Below are positions 49,971 through 58,378 of a stretch of 64,000 bases of DNA, one piece after another. Both the position numbers and the translations under genes were made by a program. Within the stretch, counting starts at the first letter, position 1. Each line of letters begins with the position of its first letter. The stretch covers positions 42,284 through 106,283 of the forward strand of contig CAWKOS010000003.1 in assembly GCA_963851295.1 (NCBI GenBank). Direction: 5' to 3'. The notes below the pieces were generated by a model, which had not been told where the DNA came from, did no database searches, and worked only from the letters and a program-made list of their open reading frames with translations. The stretch comes from an uncultured Actinomycetes bacterium (GTDB taxonomy: Bacteria; Actinomycetota; Thermoleophilia; Solirubrobacterales; Solirubrobacteraceae).

Positions 49971-50875
49971 CGCAGCGCACGGTCAGCCTCACGATCGACG
50001 ACCAGCCGATCGAGGTGCCCGAGGGCTCGACGATCCTCGAGGCCTGCAACGAGCTGGGCATCGACACCCCGACGCTCTGCTACGGCGACACCCTGCAGCC
50101 CGCCAACGTCTGCCGCGTCTGCGTGGTCGAGATCGAGGGCGCGCGCGTGCTGGCCCCGGCGTGCTCGCGCAAGGTCGAGCCCGACATGGTCGTCAAGACC
50201 GACTCCGAGCGCGTGCGCCACAGCCGCAAGATGGTCATGGAGTTCCTCGGCTCGTCGGTGGACCTGTCGATCACGCACGTCGCCGGCGACTACATGGAGC
50301 GCTACGGCGCCGACCCTACGCGCTACGGGCCGCCGGCGCCGCCCGACGACGGGCGCGACCGCCGCCGCACCGGCCACCACGCCGAGCCCGACGGGCAGAC
50401 CGCCGCGACCGTCCACCAGCCGGTCAAGGTCGACAACGACCTCTACGTGCGCGACTACTCCAAGTGCATCCTCTGTTACAAGTGCGTCGACGCCTGCGGC
50501 GATCAGTGGCAGAACACCTTCGCCATCACAGTCGCCGGGCGCGGCTTCGACGCCCGCATCTCGACCGAGTACGCCAACCCGCTGCCCGACTCGGCGTGCG
50601 TGTACTGCGGCAACTGCATCGCCGTCTGCCCGACCGGGGCGCTGATGTTCGCCTCCGAGCACGAGCTGCGCGAATCGGCCAAGTGGGACGAGTCGCGCCA
50701 GACGCAGACCGACACCGTCTGCCCGTACTGCGGCGTGGGCTGCAACCTCACGCTGCACGTGCAGGACAACCAGATCGTCAAGGTCAGCTCGCCCGACGAC
50801 CACGACATCACGCGCGGCAACCTCTGCATCAAGGGTCGCTTCGGCTTCCAGCACGTCCAGCCCAAGGGTGACTAG
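49967..50875 (+). CDS. Fe-S protein equal to the N-terminal third of an FdsA/NuoG-type subunit (2Fe-2S, two 4Fe-4S, MopB-type 4Fe-4S)
   Basis: LCYGD...CRVCVVEI...APACS; [11 protein letters not shown]; [15 protein letters not shown]; [15 protein letters not shown]...[10 protein letters not shown]. The ATG overlaps the upstream stop (ATGA). Confidence 0.85.
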
Positions 50876-50878
50876 GCG

Positions 50879-51778
50879 GTGCTCGCGCCGGCAACGCCGG
50901 TCGCTGGCCTGCACTGGGAGCTGGCCTGCGCCGGGGCCGGCAAGGTGGAGTGGCACGACGACGCCTCGGGCACCTGGAACCCCGGACGGCGCACGGGATC
51001 GGTGTCGGCCAGGCACAGGACCGCACTGCTCGACGGGCTCCGGCTCTCCCATGGGCACGTCGTCCTCACGGGACGCGCCCGTGGGGCGCACCACGTCCTG
51101 GCGACGGTCGCCCATCCGACGTTGCGCGCCGGGCCCCTCCGCGCGACCGGGAAGCCGCCGGCCGCGAACACCCTCCGCTTCACGGTGGACGGCGAGGCGA
51201 CGATCACCAGGCGGTTCGCCACCGCCCTGGACCGCGCGGGCTGCGCCGGCGCCCGGCGCGCGCGGGTCGCGATCCAGCTGCTGCCGAGCGCCGGCCGTGG
51301 CCACGCGGGGACCGTCGACGTCGGCGGCGGCCTTCACCTCGCGACCGCCCAGGGCGGCGCCGACGTCGACGTCGCGCCGGGCGGCGGCGCGACGCGGGTG
51401 ACGGTGCAGTCCGGCGACGCGCTGCGCTTCACGCTCCCGGCGGGCACCTCGACGCCGCTGACCTGCACGCTCGGGGCCGGGTGCTATCCGGCCAGCGGCG
51501 GCTTCACGCTGCCCGGCCGGCTCGCGCTGTCCTTCAACGGTCGGACGGCGATCCTCGCCGGGCTCACGGTGACCTACACGCCGACGGGCGGCGAGCTGCC
51601 GGACACCGCGATCACCGGGACCCTCGACGGCGCGCCGGTCACGATCGCCGACGACCCCGACAACCCGAACACGCTCACCGACGACTTCCTGGCGCGGGTC
51701 GGCGCCGCGCTGGGCACGGCGGTCGGCGGGACGATCGGCGAGATCGAGCCGCGCTTCACGTCGACCGGCCCGCTGTGA
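50879..51778 (+). CDS. Hypothetical protein co-oriented with the FDH operon
   Basis: GC3-rich frame with a GTG 4 nt after the previous stop. No domain recognised. The 3' end overlaps fdhD convergently. Confidence 0.45.
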   Translation: MLAPATPVAGLHWELACAGAGKVEWHDDASGTWNPGRRTGSVSARHRTALLDGLRLSHGHVVLTGRARGAHHVLATVAHPTLRAGPLRATGKPPAANTLRFTVDGEATITRRFATALDRAGCAGARRARVAIQLLPSAGRGHAGTVDVGGGLHLATAQGGADVDVAPGGGATRVTVQSGDALRFTLPAGTSTPLTCTLGAGCYPASGGFTLPGRLALSFNGRTAILAGLTVTYTPTGGELPDTAITGTLDGAPVTIADDPDNPNTLTDDFLARVGAALGTAVGGTIGEIEPRFTSTGPL

Positions 51779-52538
51779 GCACGCGCTCCTCGCCGGTGTA
51801 GACGTTCACCGTCCCCCGGCGCGCGAAGCCGCACAGCGTCATGCCGCGGTCGGCGGCGAGCTCGACCGCCAGCGAGGTCGGGGCGCCGACGCCGACGAGC
51901 ACCGGTGCGCCCGCGACCGCCGCCTTCTGCACGAGCTCGAAGGACAGCCGCCCCGAGACGCAGAGCACGCGGCCGTGCAGCGGCAGCAGCCCGTCGAGCA
52001 GCGCGCGGCCGACGACCTTGTCCATCGCGTTGTGGCGCCCGACGTCCTCGCGCACGAGCAGCAGCGTGCCCGCGGCGTCGAAGAGGCCCGTGGCGTGCAG
52101 CCCGCCCGTGGCCTCGAAGGCGGGCTGGCGCAGGCGCTCGGGCAGGTCGGCGAGCAGGTCGCGCGCGACGCGCGGGCCGTCGGGCAGCGGCTCGGAGTGG
52201 ACGGCGACCTCCTCGAGCGCCGCCTTGCCGCAGACCCCGCACGAGCTCGTCGTGTAGAAGCGCCGGCGGCCCGGGTCGAAGCGCAGCTCGGCGTCGACCT
52301 CGACGATGTTGGCGGCGAGGTCGGCCGTCGGCCCGGCGGGCGCGGCGGCCGCGATGAGCCCCTCGCCGTGCAGGAAGCCCAGCGCCAGCTCCTCGTCGTG
52401 GCCGGGCGTGCGCATCGTCACCGCGAGCGCCTCGCCGCGGACGCGGATCTCCAGCGGCTCCTCGATGGCGACGCGGTCCGAGACGCCGTCGTGCTCGACG
52501 GGCGCGGACAGGCGGATCGGGTCGACGGCCATCGCCAC
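51756..52538 (-). CDS. fdhD: Formate dehydrogenase accessory sulfurtransferase FdhD
   Basis: SSCGVCGK, GGLHATGLF, REDVGRHNAMDKVVG, VSGRLSFELVQKAA. Confidence 0.9.
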   Translation of the reverse strand: MAMAVDPIRLSAPVEHDGVSDRVAIEEPLEIRVRGEALAVTMRTPGHDEELALGFLHGEGLIAAAAPAGPTADLAANIVEVDAELRFDPGRRRFYTTSSCGVCGKAALEEVAVHSEPLPDGPRVARDLLADLPERLRQPAFEATGGLHATGLFDAAGTLLLVREDVGRHNAMDKVVGRALLDGLLPLHGRVLCVSGRLSFELVQKAAVAGAPVLVGVGAPTSLAVELAADRGMTLCGFARRGTVNVYTGEERVLTAGRST

Positions 52539-52612
52539 ACGTTCTCAGATCGGTCACGCGCAACTCACGAGGCGATCACATCCGGCCCTGGGCCGCAGGG
52601 TGGGATGGGCTC

Positions 52613-53851
52613 ATGAACCGACCCGCCGTCCTCTCGCTGCTCGCGCTCGCCATCGGCGCGGCGGCAGCCGCCCCGGCATCCGCTCACCACGGCCCGCCGC
52701 CCCCGCCCCCGCAGCCCACGCTGCTCGCGCGCGCGATCCTCCCCGCCGACGCCACGGCGCCCGCTCCCTTCCCGGGCGTGATCAACGCCGACCCCGCGCC
52801 GGCGCCGGGCTCGACGCAGCCCGTCGGCGGCTTCTCGGCCCTGCTCGACGCCCCCGGCCGCGGCAACTACTGGGCGATGCCCGACAACGGCTTCGGCTCC
52901 AAGGCCAACTCGCACAGCTTCCTGCTGCGCGTCTACGAGGTCCACGCCGACTTCGAGACCGCCCACGGTGGGCCGGGGACCGTGCAGAGCCTCAAGTGGA
53001 TCACGCTGCGCGATCCCGACCACAAGATCCCCTTCAAGATCATCAACGACGCCACGCCCGACCGCCTGCTCACGGGCGGCGACTTCGACATCGAGTCGAT
53101 CCGCCAGGACTCCAAGGGCACGCTGTGGTTCGGCGAGGAGTTCGGGCCCTTCCTCGTCCACACCGACGCGACCGGCAAGGTCCTCGAGGCGCCGATCCCG
53201 CTGCCCGACGTCAAGTCGCCCGACTACCCGCCCGACTACCCGGCGCCCTTCGCCGGGGCGGCGAACCTCAACAGCTCGGCCGGCTTCGAGGGCATGGCGA
53301 TCTCGCCCGACGGCCGCACGCTGTACCCGACGCTCGAGGGCTCCGTGGCGGGCGACGACCCGCTGACGCGGCGGATGTACCAGTTCGACATCAAGAGCCG
53401 CCGCTACTCGCCCAAGCGCCGCACCTACCACATCGATGACGCCGGCTGGTCGGTCTCCGACCTCACGGCGCTCGACGACCACCACCTGATCGCGCTGGAG
53501 CGCGACGGCACGCAGGCGGTGACCACGGGCCACAAGCAGGGCTTCGTGATCGACCTGCGCAAGACCGACGCCACCGGCGCGCTGGTCAAGCGCAAGGTCC
53601 TCGATCTCGAGAACCTGCGCGACCCGGCGCTCATCTCGCTGCCCGCCCGCCCCGGCGACGTCGGCCTGGGCGATCCCTTCGCCATGCCCTACGTGACGAT
53701 CGAGGCCGTGCTGCCGCTGGAGGGCGACAAGGTGGCGATCGTCAACGACACGAACTTCGGTTCGACGGGGCGCAACCCCGGCCTGCCCGACTACAGCGAC
53801 TTCATCGTGACGTCGGTGCCGGGCCTGCGCGGCGACGGAAGGCACTGGTAG
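52613..53851 (+). CDS. Secreted phytase-like esterase family protein
   Basis: Signal peptide. GGFSAL...YWAMPDNGFG, ESIRQDSKGTLWFGEEFGP, FEGMAISPDGRTLY. Confidence 0.6.
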   Translation: MNRPAVLSLLALAIGAAAAAPASAHHGPPPPPPQPTLLARAILPADATAPAPFPGVINADPAPAPGSTQPVGGFSALLDAPGRGNYWAMPDNGFGSKANSHSFLLRVYEVHADFETAHGGPGTVQSLKWITLRDPDHKIPFKIINDATPDRLLTGGDFDIESIRQDSKGTLWFGEEFGPFLVHTDATGKVLEAPIPLPDVKSPDYPPDYPAPFAGAANLNSSAGFEGMAISPDGRTLYPTLEGSVAGDDPLTRRMYQFDIKSRRYSPKRRTYHIDDAGWSVSDLTALDDHHLIALERDGTQAVTTGHKQGFVIDLRKTDATGALVKRKVLDLENLRDPALISLPARPGDVGLGDPFAMPYVTIEAVLPLEGDKVAIVNDTNFGSTGRNPGLPDYSDFIVTSVPGLRGDGRHW

Positions 53852-53858
53852 CGGCCGC

Positions 53859-54140
53859 GTGGTCGTGCCATCCTTGGGAGCAGCCGTGTTCGTGGGATTG
53901 GTCGACACCAGAGGAGATCGGGATCGTCCCGATAAGGATCGGCGCGAGCCCCTGGTGCTCGACATCCCCGAGCTGCGCCCATGGCGGTGGTACCTCGTGA
54001 CGCTCATCTGCATGATCGTCTCCGGATACGTGACGAGCTGGCTGAGCCTGATCCTCGTGATCGTGGGCCTGTGCTGCTTCTTCCAGGCCCTCACGAGCTA
54101 CTACAAGGGCAACGACGGGCTCAGCCAGCACCGTCAGTGA
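53859..54140 (+). CDS. Possible small membrane protein in a lower-GC patch
   Basis: Hydrophobic stretch WYLVTLICMIVSGYVTSWLSLILVIVGLCCFF. Codon bias is weaker than in neighbours, and the start is uncertain. Confidence 0.4.
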   Translation: MVVPSLGAAVFVGLVDTRGDRDRPDKDRREPLVLDIPELRPWRWYLVTLICMIVSGYVTSWLSLILVIVGLCCFFQALTSYYKGNDGLSQHRQ

Positions 54141-55300
54141 AGGACGGCGCGCAGGCGCGCCACCGCGTCGTCGGCCTGCGCCTCGTCGATGACGAGCGGC
54201 GGTAGCAGGCGCACCGTCGTCGGGCCCGTCGCGTTGAGGACCAGGCGCTGCTCGCGCAGCGCGCGGACGACGATGTCGGCGGCGCCGGGGCGGTGGCCGG
54301 GATCGAGCTCGAAGGCGAGCATCAGCCCGCGGCCGCGGACCTCGACGACGCCGGGCAGCTCGGCGACGGCGTGGCGCAGGCGCTCGCCCAGGTCGCGCAC
54401 GCGCGCCAGCAGCGCCTCGTCGTCGAGGACGTCGAGCACCGCCAGGCCGGCCGCGCACTGCACGGGCCCGCCCGCGAAGGTCGAGCCGTGGTCGCCGGGC
54501 GCGAAGACGTCGGCCAGGCGCGGCCCGGTGACCAGCGCGCCGATCGGCAGGCCGCCGCCCAGCGCCTTGGCGGTGGTCAGCGCGTCGGGCACGACGCCCG
54601 CGTGCTGGTAGGCCCACAGGGTGCCCGTGCGCCCGAGGCCGCACTGGACCTCGTCGAAGATCAGCGCCGCGCCGTGCTCGTCGCACGCCGCGCGGGCGGC
54701 GCGCAGGACGTCGTCGCCGAGCTCGTAGACGCCCGACTCCCCCTGGACGGGCTCGAGCAGGACGGCGGCGGTGCGCTCGTCGACCGCGGCCACGATCGCC
54801 TCCGCGGTCGGCTCGACGGCGACGAAGCCGGGCACGAGCGGCGCGAAGGGCGCCTGCTTGGACTCCTGCGGCGTCGCCGAGAGCGAGCCGTACGTGCGGC
54901 CGTGGAAGCCGCGGTGCACCGAGACGATCGTGCCCTGCGGCTTGGCCTTGCGGGCGACCTTCAGGGCCGCCTCGTTGGCCTCGGTGCCCGAGTTGGCGAA
55001 GTGGACCTTGCCGCCCAGCGAGGACCCGGCCAGGCGCTGGGCCAGCCGCAGCCCGGGCTCGGTGTAGAAGAGGTTGCCGACGTGGATGAGGCGCGCGGCC
55101 TGCTCGCGGATCGCCTCGACGACCGCGGGGTGGCAGTGGCCGAGGCTGTTGACGGCCAGGCCGGTCTGGAAGTCGAGGTACTCGTTGCCCTCCGCGTCCC
55201 AGAGGCGCGCGCCCTCGCCGCGGACGAACTCGACGCCGAGGCGCGCGTAGGCCGGGACCTGGTGGTCGCGCTCGAGGCGCTGGAGCTCGTCGAGGCTCAT
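54134..55300 (-). CDS. argD: Acetylornithine aminotransferase
   Basis: NSGTEANEAALK, DEVQCGLGRTG, TTAKALGGGLP. The internal ATG at 55300 was chosen. Confidence 0.93.
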   Translation of the reverse strand: MSLDELQRLERDHQVPAYARLGVEFVRGEGARLWDAEGNEYLDFQTGLAVNSLGHCHPAVVEAIREQAARLIHVGNLFYTEPGLRLAQRLAGSSLGGKVHFANSGTEANEAALKVARKAKPQGTIVSVHRGFHGRTYGSLSATPQESKQAPFAPLVPGFVAVEPTAEAIVAAVDERTAAVLLEPVQGESGVYELGDDVLRAARAACDEHGAALIFDEVQCGLGRTGTLWAYQHAGVVPDALTTAKALGGGLPIGALVTGPRLADVFAPGDHGSTFAGGPVQCAAGLAVLDVLDDEALLARVRDLGERLRHAVAELPGVVEVRGRGLMLAFELDPGHRPGAADIVVRALREQRLVLNATGPTTVRLLPPLVIDEAQADDAVARLRAVLH

Positions 55301-56160
55301 GTCGCCGGCTTGATCTTCGTGCCGATGCCCGCGTCGGTGAAGAGCTCGAGCAGCAGCGAGTGCGGGACGCGTCCGTCGACGATGTGGGCGAAGGTCACGC
55401 CGCCGTGGATGGCGTCCAGGCAGGCCTGGAGCTTGGGGCGCATCCCCCCCGCCGTCTCGGCCAGGGCGGCCTCGACCTCGTCGGCGCCGGCCTCGCTGAT
55501 GACCGAGGCGGGGTCCGACGGGTCGCGCAGCCACCCGTCGACGTCGGTCAGGAACATGACCTTGTAGGCGCCCAGGGCGCGGGCGACCGCGCCCGCGGCC
55601 TCGTCGGCGTTGACGTTGTAGGAGCGGCCTTCGCGGTCGGCGCCCATCGAGGCGACGACCGGGATGTAGTCCTGGGCGATGTGGTTGAGCACGTCGACGT
55701 CGACGCGGTCGATCTTGCCCACGAAGCCGACGTCCTCGCCGCCCGGCCCCGTCTGGCGGCTGACGCGGAAGAGCAGCCCGTCGTCGCCGCACAGGCCGAC
55801 CGCCGGCTGGCCGTGGCGATTGAGGCGCAGGACGATGTCCTTGTTGACCTTGCCCACGAGCACCATCTTGGCCACCTCGACGGTGGCCTCGTTGGAGACG
55901 CGCAGGCCGCCGATGAACTCGACGGGGATCCCCAGGCGCTCCATGTAGGCCGTGATCTCCGGGCCGCCGCCGTGGACGACGATCGGGTTCAGGCCGACGT
56001 ACTTCAGGAGCACGACGTCGCGGGCGAACTCCTCGCGCAGCGCCGGGTCCTCCATCGCGGCGCCGCCGTACTTGATGACGATCGTCTTGCCGTGGAACTC
56101 GCGGATGTAGGGCAGCGCCTCGAGCAGCGTGCCGACGGAGTTCTTCGGAGGCTCGCGCAT
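55297..56160 (-). CDS. argB: Acetylglutamate kinase
   Basis: VIKYGGAAM, VVHGGGPEI, NVNADEAAGAVA. Confidence 0.95.
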   Translation of the reverse strand: MREPPKNSVGTLLEALPYIREFHGKTIVIKYGGAAMEDPALREEFARDVVLLKYVGLNPIVVHGGGPEITAYMERLGIPVEFIGGLRVSNEATVEVAKMVLVGKVNKDIVLRLNRHGQPAVGLCGDDGLLFRVSRQTGPGGEDVGFVGKIDRVDVDVLNHIAQDYIPVVASMGADREGRSYNVNADEAAGAVARALGAYKVMFLTDVDGWLRDPSDPASVISEAGADEVEAALAETAGGMRPKLQACLDAIHGGVTFAHIVDGRVPHSLLLELFTDAGIGTKIKPAT

Positions 56161-57401
56161 CAGGTCGTGTATTCCGCGTTGATGGTCACGTACTCGTGGC
56201 TGAGGTCCGAGAAGAAGACCTCGGTCTCGTGGCCCTCGCCCGGCAGCTCGACGACGTACTCGACCTCGTCGCCCGCCACGAGCTCGGCCAGCGCGGCCTC
56301 GTCGAAGCGGGTGGCCGCGCCGCGCGCGCAGACCTGGACGCCCTCGATCCCGACGTCGACGGCCAGCGGCGCCGTCCCGGGCATGGCCATGCCGACGGCC
56401 TGGACGATCCGGCCCCAGTTGGGGTCGCCGCCGTGCAGCGCGGCCTTGACCAGCGGCGAGTTGGCCACCGCGCGGGCCACGGCCTCGACGCTGTCGCCGT
56501 GGCCGCCGCGTGTCACCACGCGCCCGATCCGCCGCGCCCCCTCGCCGTCGCGGACGATCGCCAGCGCGAGCTGGCGCAGGAGCGCGTCGAGCGCCTGGCC
56601 GAAGCGCAGCTCGTCCTCGGTCTCCGCGGCGACCTCCACCCCCGAGGCGCCCGAGCACATGAGGATCGCGGTGTCGTTGGTCGAGAGCTGGCCGTCGACC
56701 GAGATGCGGTCGAAGGAGCGCTTGACGCAGACGCCGAGCAGCAGGTCGGCGGTCTCGGCGGACACCGCGGCGTCGGTCTGCACGAAGCAGAGCATGGTGG
56801 CGAAGGCGGGCTGGATCATCCCGGCGCCCTTGGCCTGGGCGCACAGGCGGGCCACTCCCCCCGACAGCTCGACCTCCAGGCACGCGCGCTTCTCGAAGGC
56901 GTCGGTGGTCATGATGGCGGCGCTGAAGTCGCCGTCGCCGTCGGGGCGCAGCTCCGCGCGGGCGCGGGCGAGGCCGCCCACCACGGCGCGCGAGTCCAGC
57001 GGCACGCCGATGACGCCGGTCGAGGCGACGGCCACCCGGTCGGCCTCGACGCCGGCGGCCATGGCGGCGGCGCCCTGCATCTTGGCGGCGTCGTCGAGGC
57101 CGCGCCCGCCGGTCGCGGCGTTGGCGTTGCCCGAGTTGGCGACGACCGCGCGCAGCGCGTCCAGGCGCGAGCGCTCCTGGGTGAGGAGCACCGGCGCGGC
57201 GAGCACGCCCGAGCGCGTGAAGCGGGCGGCGCTCGTCGTCTCGGGCGCGTCGCTGACGAGCAGGCCGACGTCCTTGCCGCCGCTGGGCTTCAGGCCGGCG
57301 GCGACGCCGGCGGCGCGGAAGCCCTGCGGCAGCCCTCCGTCCGCGTCCTCGCGCACCCAGTCGGGCACCTCGACCCAGCGCGAGGAGAAGAAGGGCGTCA
57401 C
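56160..57401 (-). CDS. argJ: Bifunctional ornithine acetyltransferase/N-acetylglutamate synthase
   Basis: NSGNANAATG, KGAGMIQPAFATML autoprocessing site, EYVTINAEYTT tail. The GTG start overlaps the argC stop. Confidence 0.95.
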   Translation of the reverse strand: MTPFFSSRWVEVPDWVREDADGGLPQGFRAAGVAAGLKPSGGKDVGLLVSDAPETTSAARFTRSGVLAAPVLLTQERSRLDALRAVVANSGNANAATGGRGLDDAAKMQGAAAMAAGVEADRVAVASTGVIGVPLDSRAVVGGLARARAELRPDGDGDFSAAIMTTDAFEKRACLEVELSGGVARLCAQAKGAGMIQPAFATMLCFVQTDAAVSAETADLLLGVCVKRSFDRISVDGQLSTNDTAILMCSGASGVEVAAETEDELRFGQALDALLRQLALAIVRDGEGARRIGRVVTRGGHGDSVEAVARAVANSPLVKAALHGGDPNWGRIVQAVGMAMPGTAPLAVDVGIEGVQVCARGAATRFDEAALAELVAGDEVEYVVELPGEGHETEVFFSDLSHEYVTINAEYTT

Positions 57402-58378
57402 GAGAGCCCGACCGTCTCTTCGATGCCGTACATCAGGTTGAGGTTCTGCACCGCCTGCGACGAGGCGCCCTTCCAGAGGTTGTCGATGGCGGCGAAGACG
57501 AACGCCTTCTGCGTGCGCTCGTCGAAGGTCGCGTGGATGCGGCAGATGTTCGTGTCGCGCACGTCGCGCACGCCGGGGGCGCGGTCGGTGAGCTCGACGA
57601 AGGGCTCGCGCCCATAGGCGCGCTCGAACAGCGCCTCGACGTCGACCGCCTTGTGCAGCGTGCAGTAGCAGGAGACGAGCTCGCCCTGGTCGAGCGGGAG
57701 CAGGTGCGGCATGAAGGTCGCGCGGATCGGCGCGCCGAGGGTCGCGAGCTCCTGGTCGATCTCGGGCATGTGGCGGTGACCGGCGATCCCGTAGGGCTTG
57801 ACGTTCTCGTCGACGGAGACGAAGTGCGTCGTCTGCGTGGCGGCGCGGCCGGCGCCCGAGACGCCGGTCTTGGCGTCGATCACCGCGTCGTCGAGCCACG
57901 GCGCCAGCGGGGCGAGCGCGAGCAGCGCCGCGGTCGGGAAGCAGCCTGGGTTGGCGACGATGTCGGCGCCCTCGATCTGCGCGCGGCGCAGCTCGGGCAG
58001 CCCGTAGACGGCCTGCCCGATGAGCTCGGGATGCGGGTGCGGGACGTACCAGTGCTCGTAGACGTCGAGCAGGCGCAGGCGGAAGTCGGCGGAGAGGTCG
58101 ACGACGCGCACGTCGCGCTCGCGCAGCGCGGCGACCACGGGGGCGGCGGCGCCGTGCGGGTAGGCGACGATCGCCGCGTCGGCCTGGCCGTGGCGGTCGA
58201 GGTCGAGCTCCTCGAGCAGCAGCTTGACGCGGTGGTGGGGATAGAGGTCGCTCAGGCGCGTGCCGACCTCCGAGCGGCTCGTCACGGCCACGAGGTCGAA
58301 GCGCGGGTGGCGCTGCAGGAGCGCGGCGGCGAGCGCGCCCGTGTAGCCCGAGGCGCCGGCGACGATGACGCTAGGCAC
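57398..58378 (-). CDS. argC: N-acetyl-gamma-glutamyl-phosphate reductase
   Basis: VAGASGYTG, NPGCFPTA active-site Cys, DNLWKGASSQAVQN. Confidence 0.95.
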   Translation of the reverse strand: MPSVIVAGASGYTGALAAALLQRHPRFDLVAVTSRSEVGTRLSDLYPHHRVKLLLEELDLDRHGQADAAIVAYPHGAAAPVVAALRERDVRVVDLSADFRLRLLDVYEHWYVPHPHPELIGQAVYGLPELRRAQIEGADIVANPGCFPTAALLALAPLAPWLDDAVIDAKTGVSGAGRAATQTTHFVSVDENVKPYGIAGHRHMPEIDQELATLGAPIRATFMPHLLPLDQGELVSCYCTLHKAVDVEALFERAYGREPFVELTDRAPGVRDVRDTNICRIHATFDERTQKAFVFAAIDNLWKGASSQAVQNLNLMYGIEETVGLS

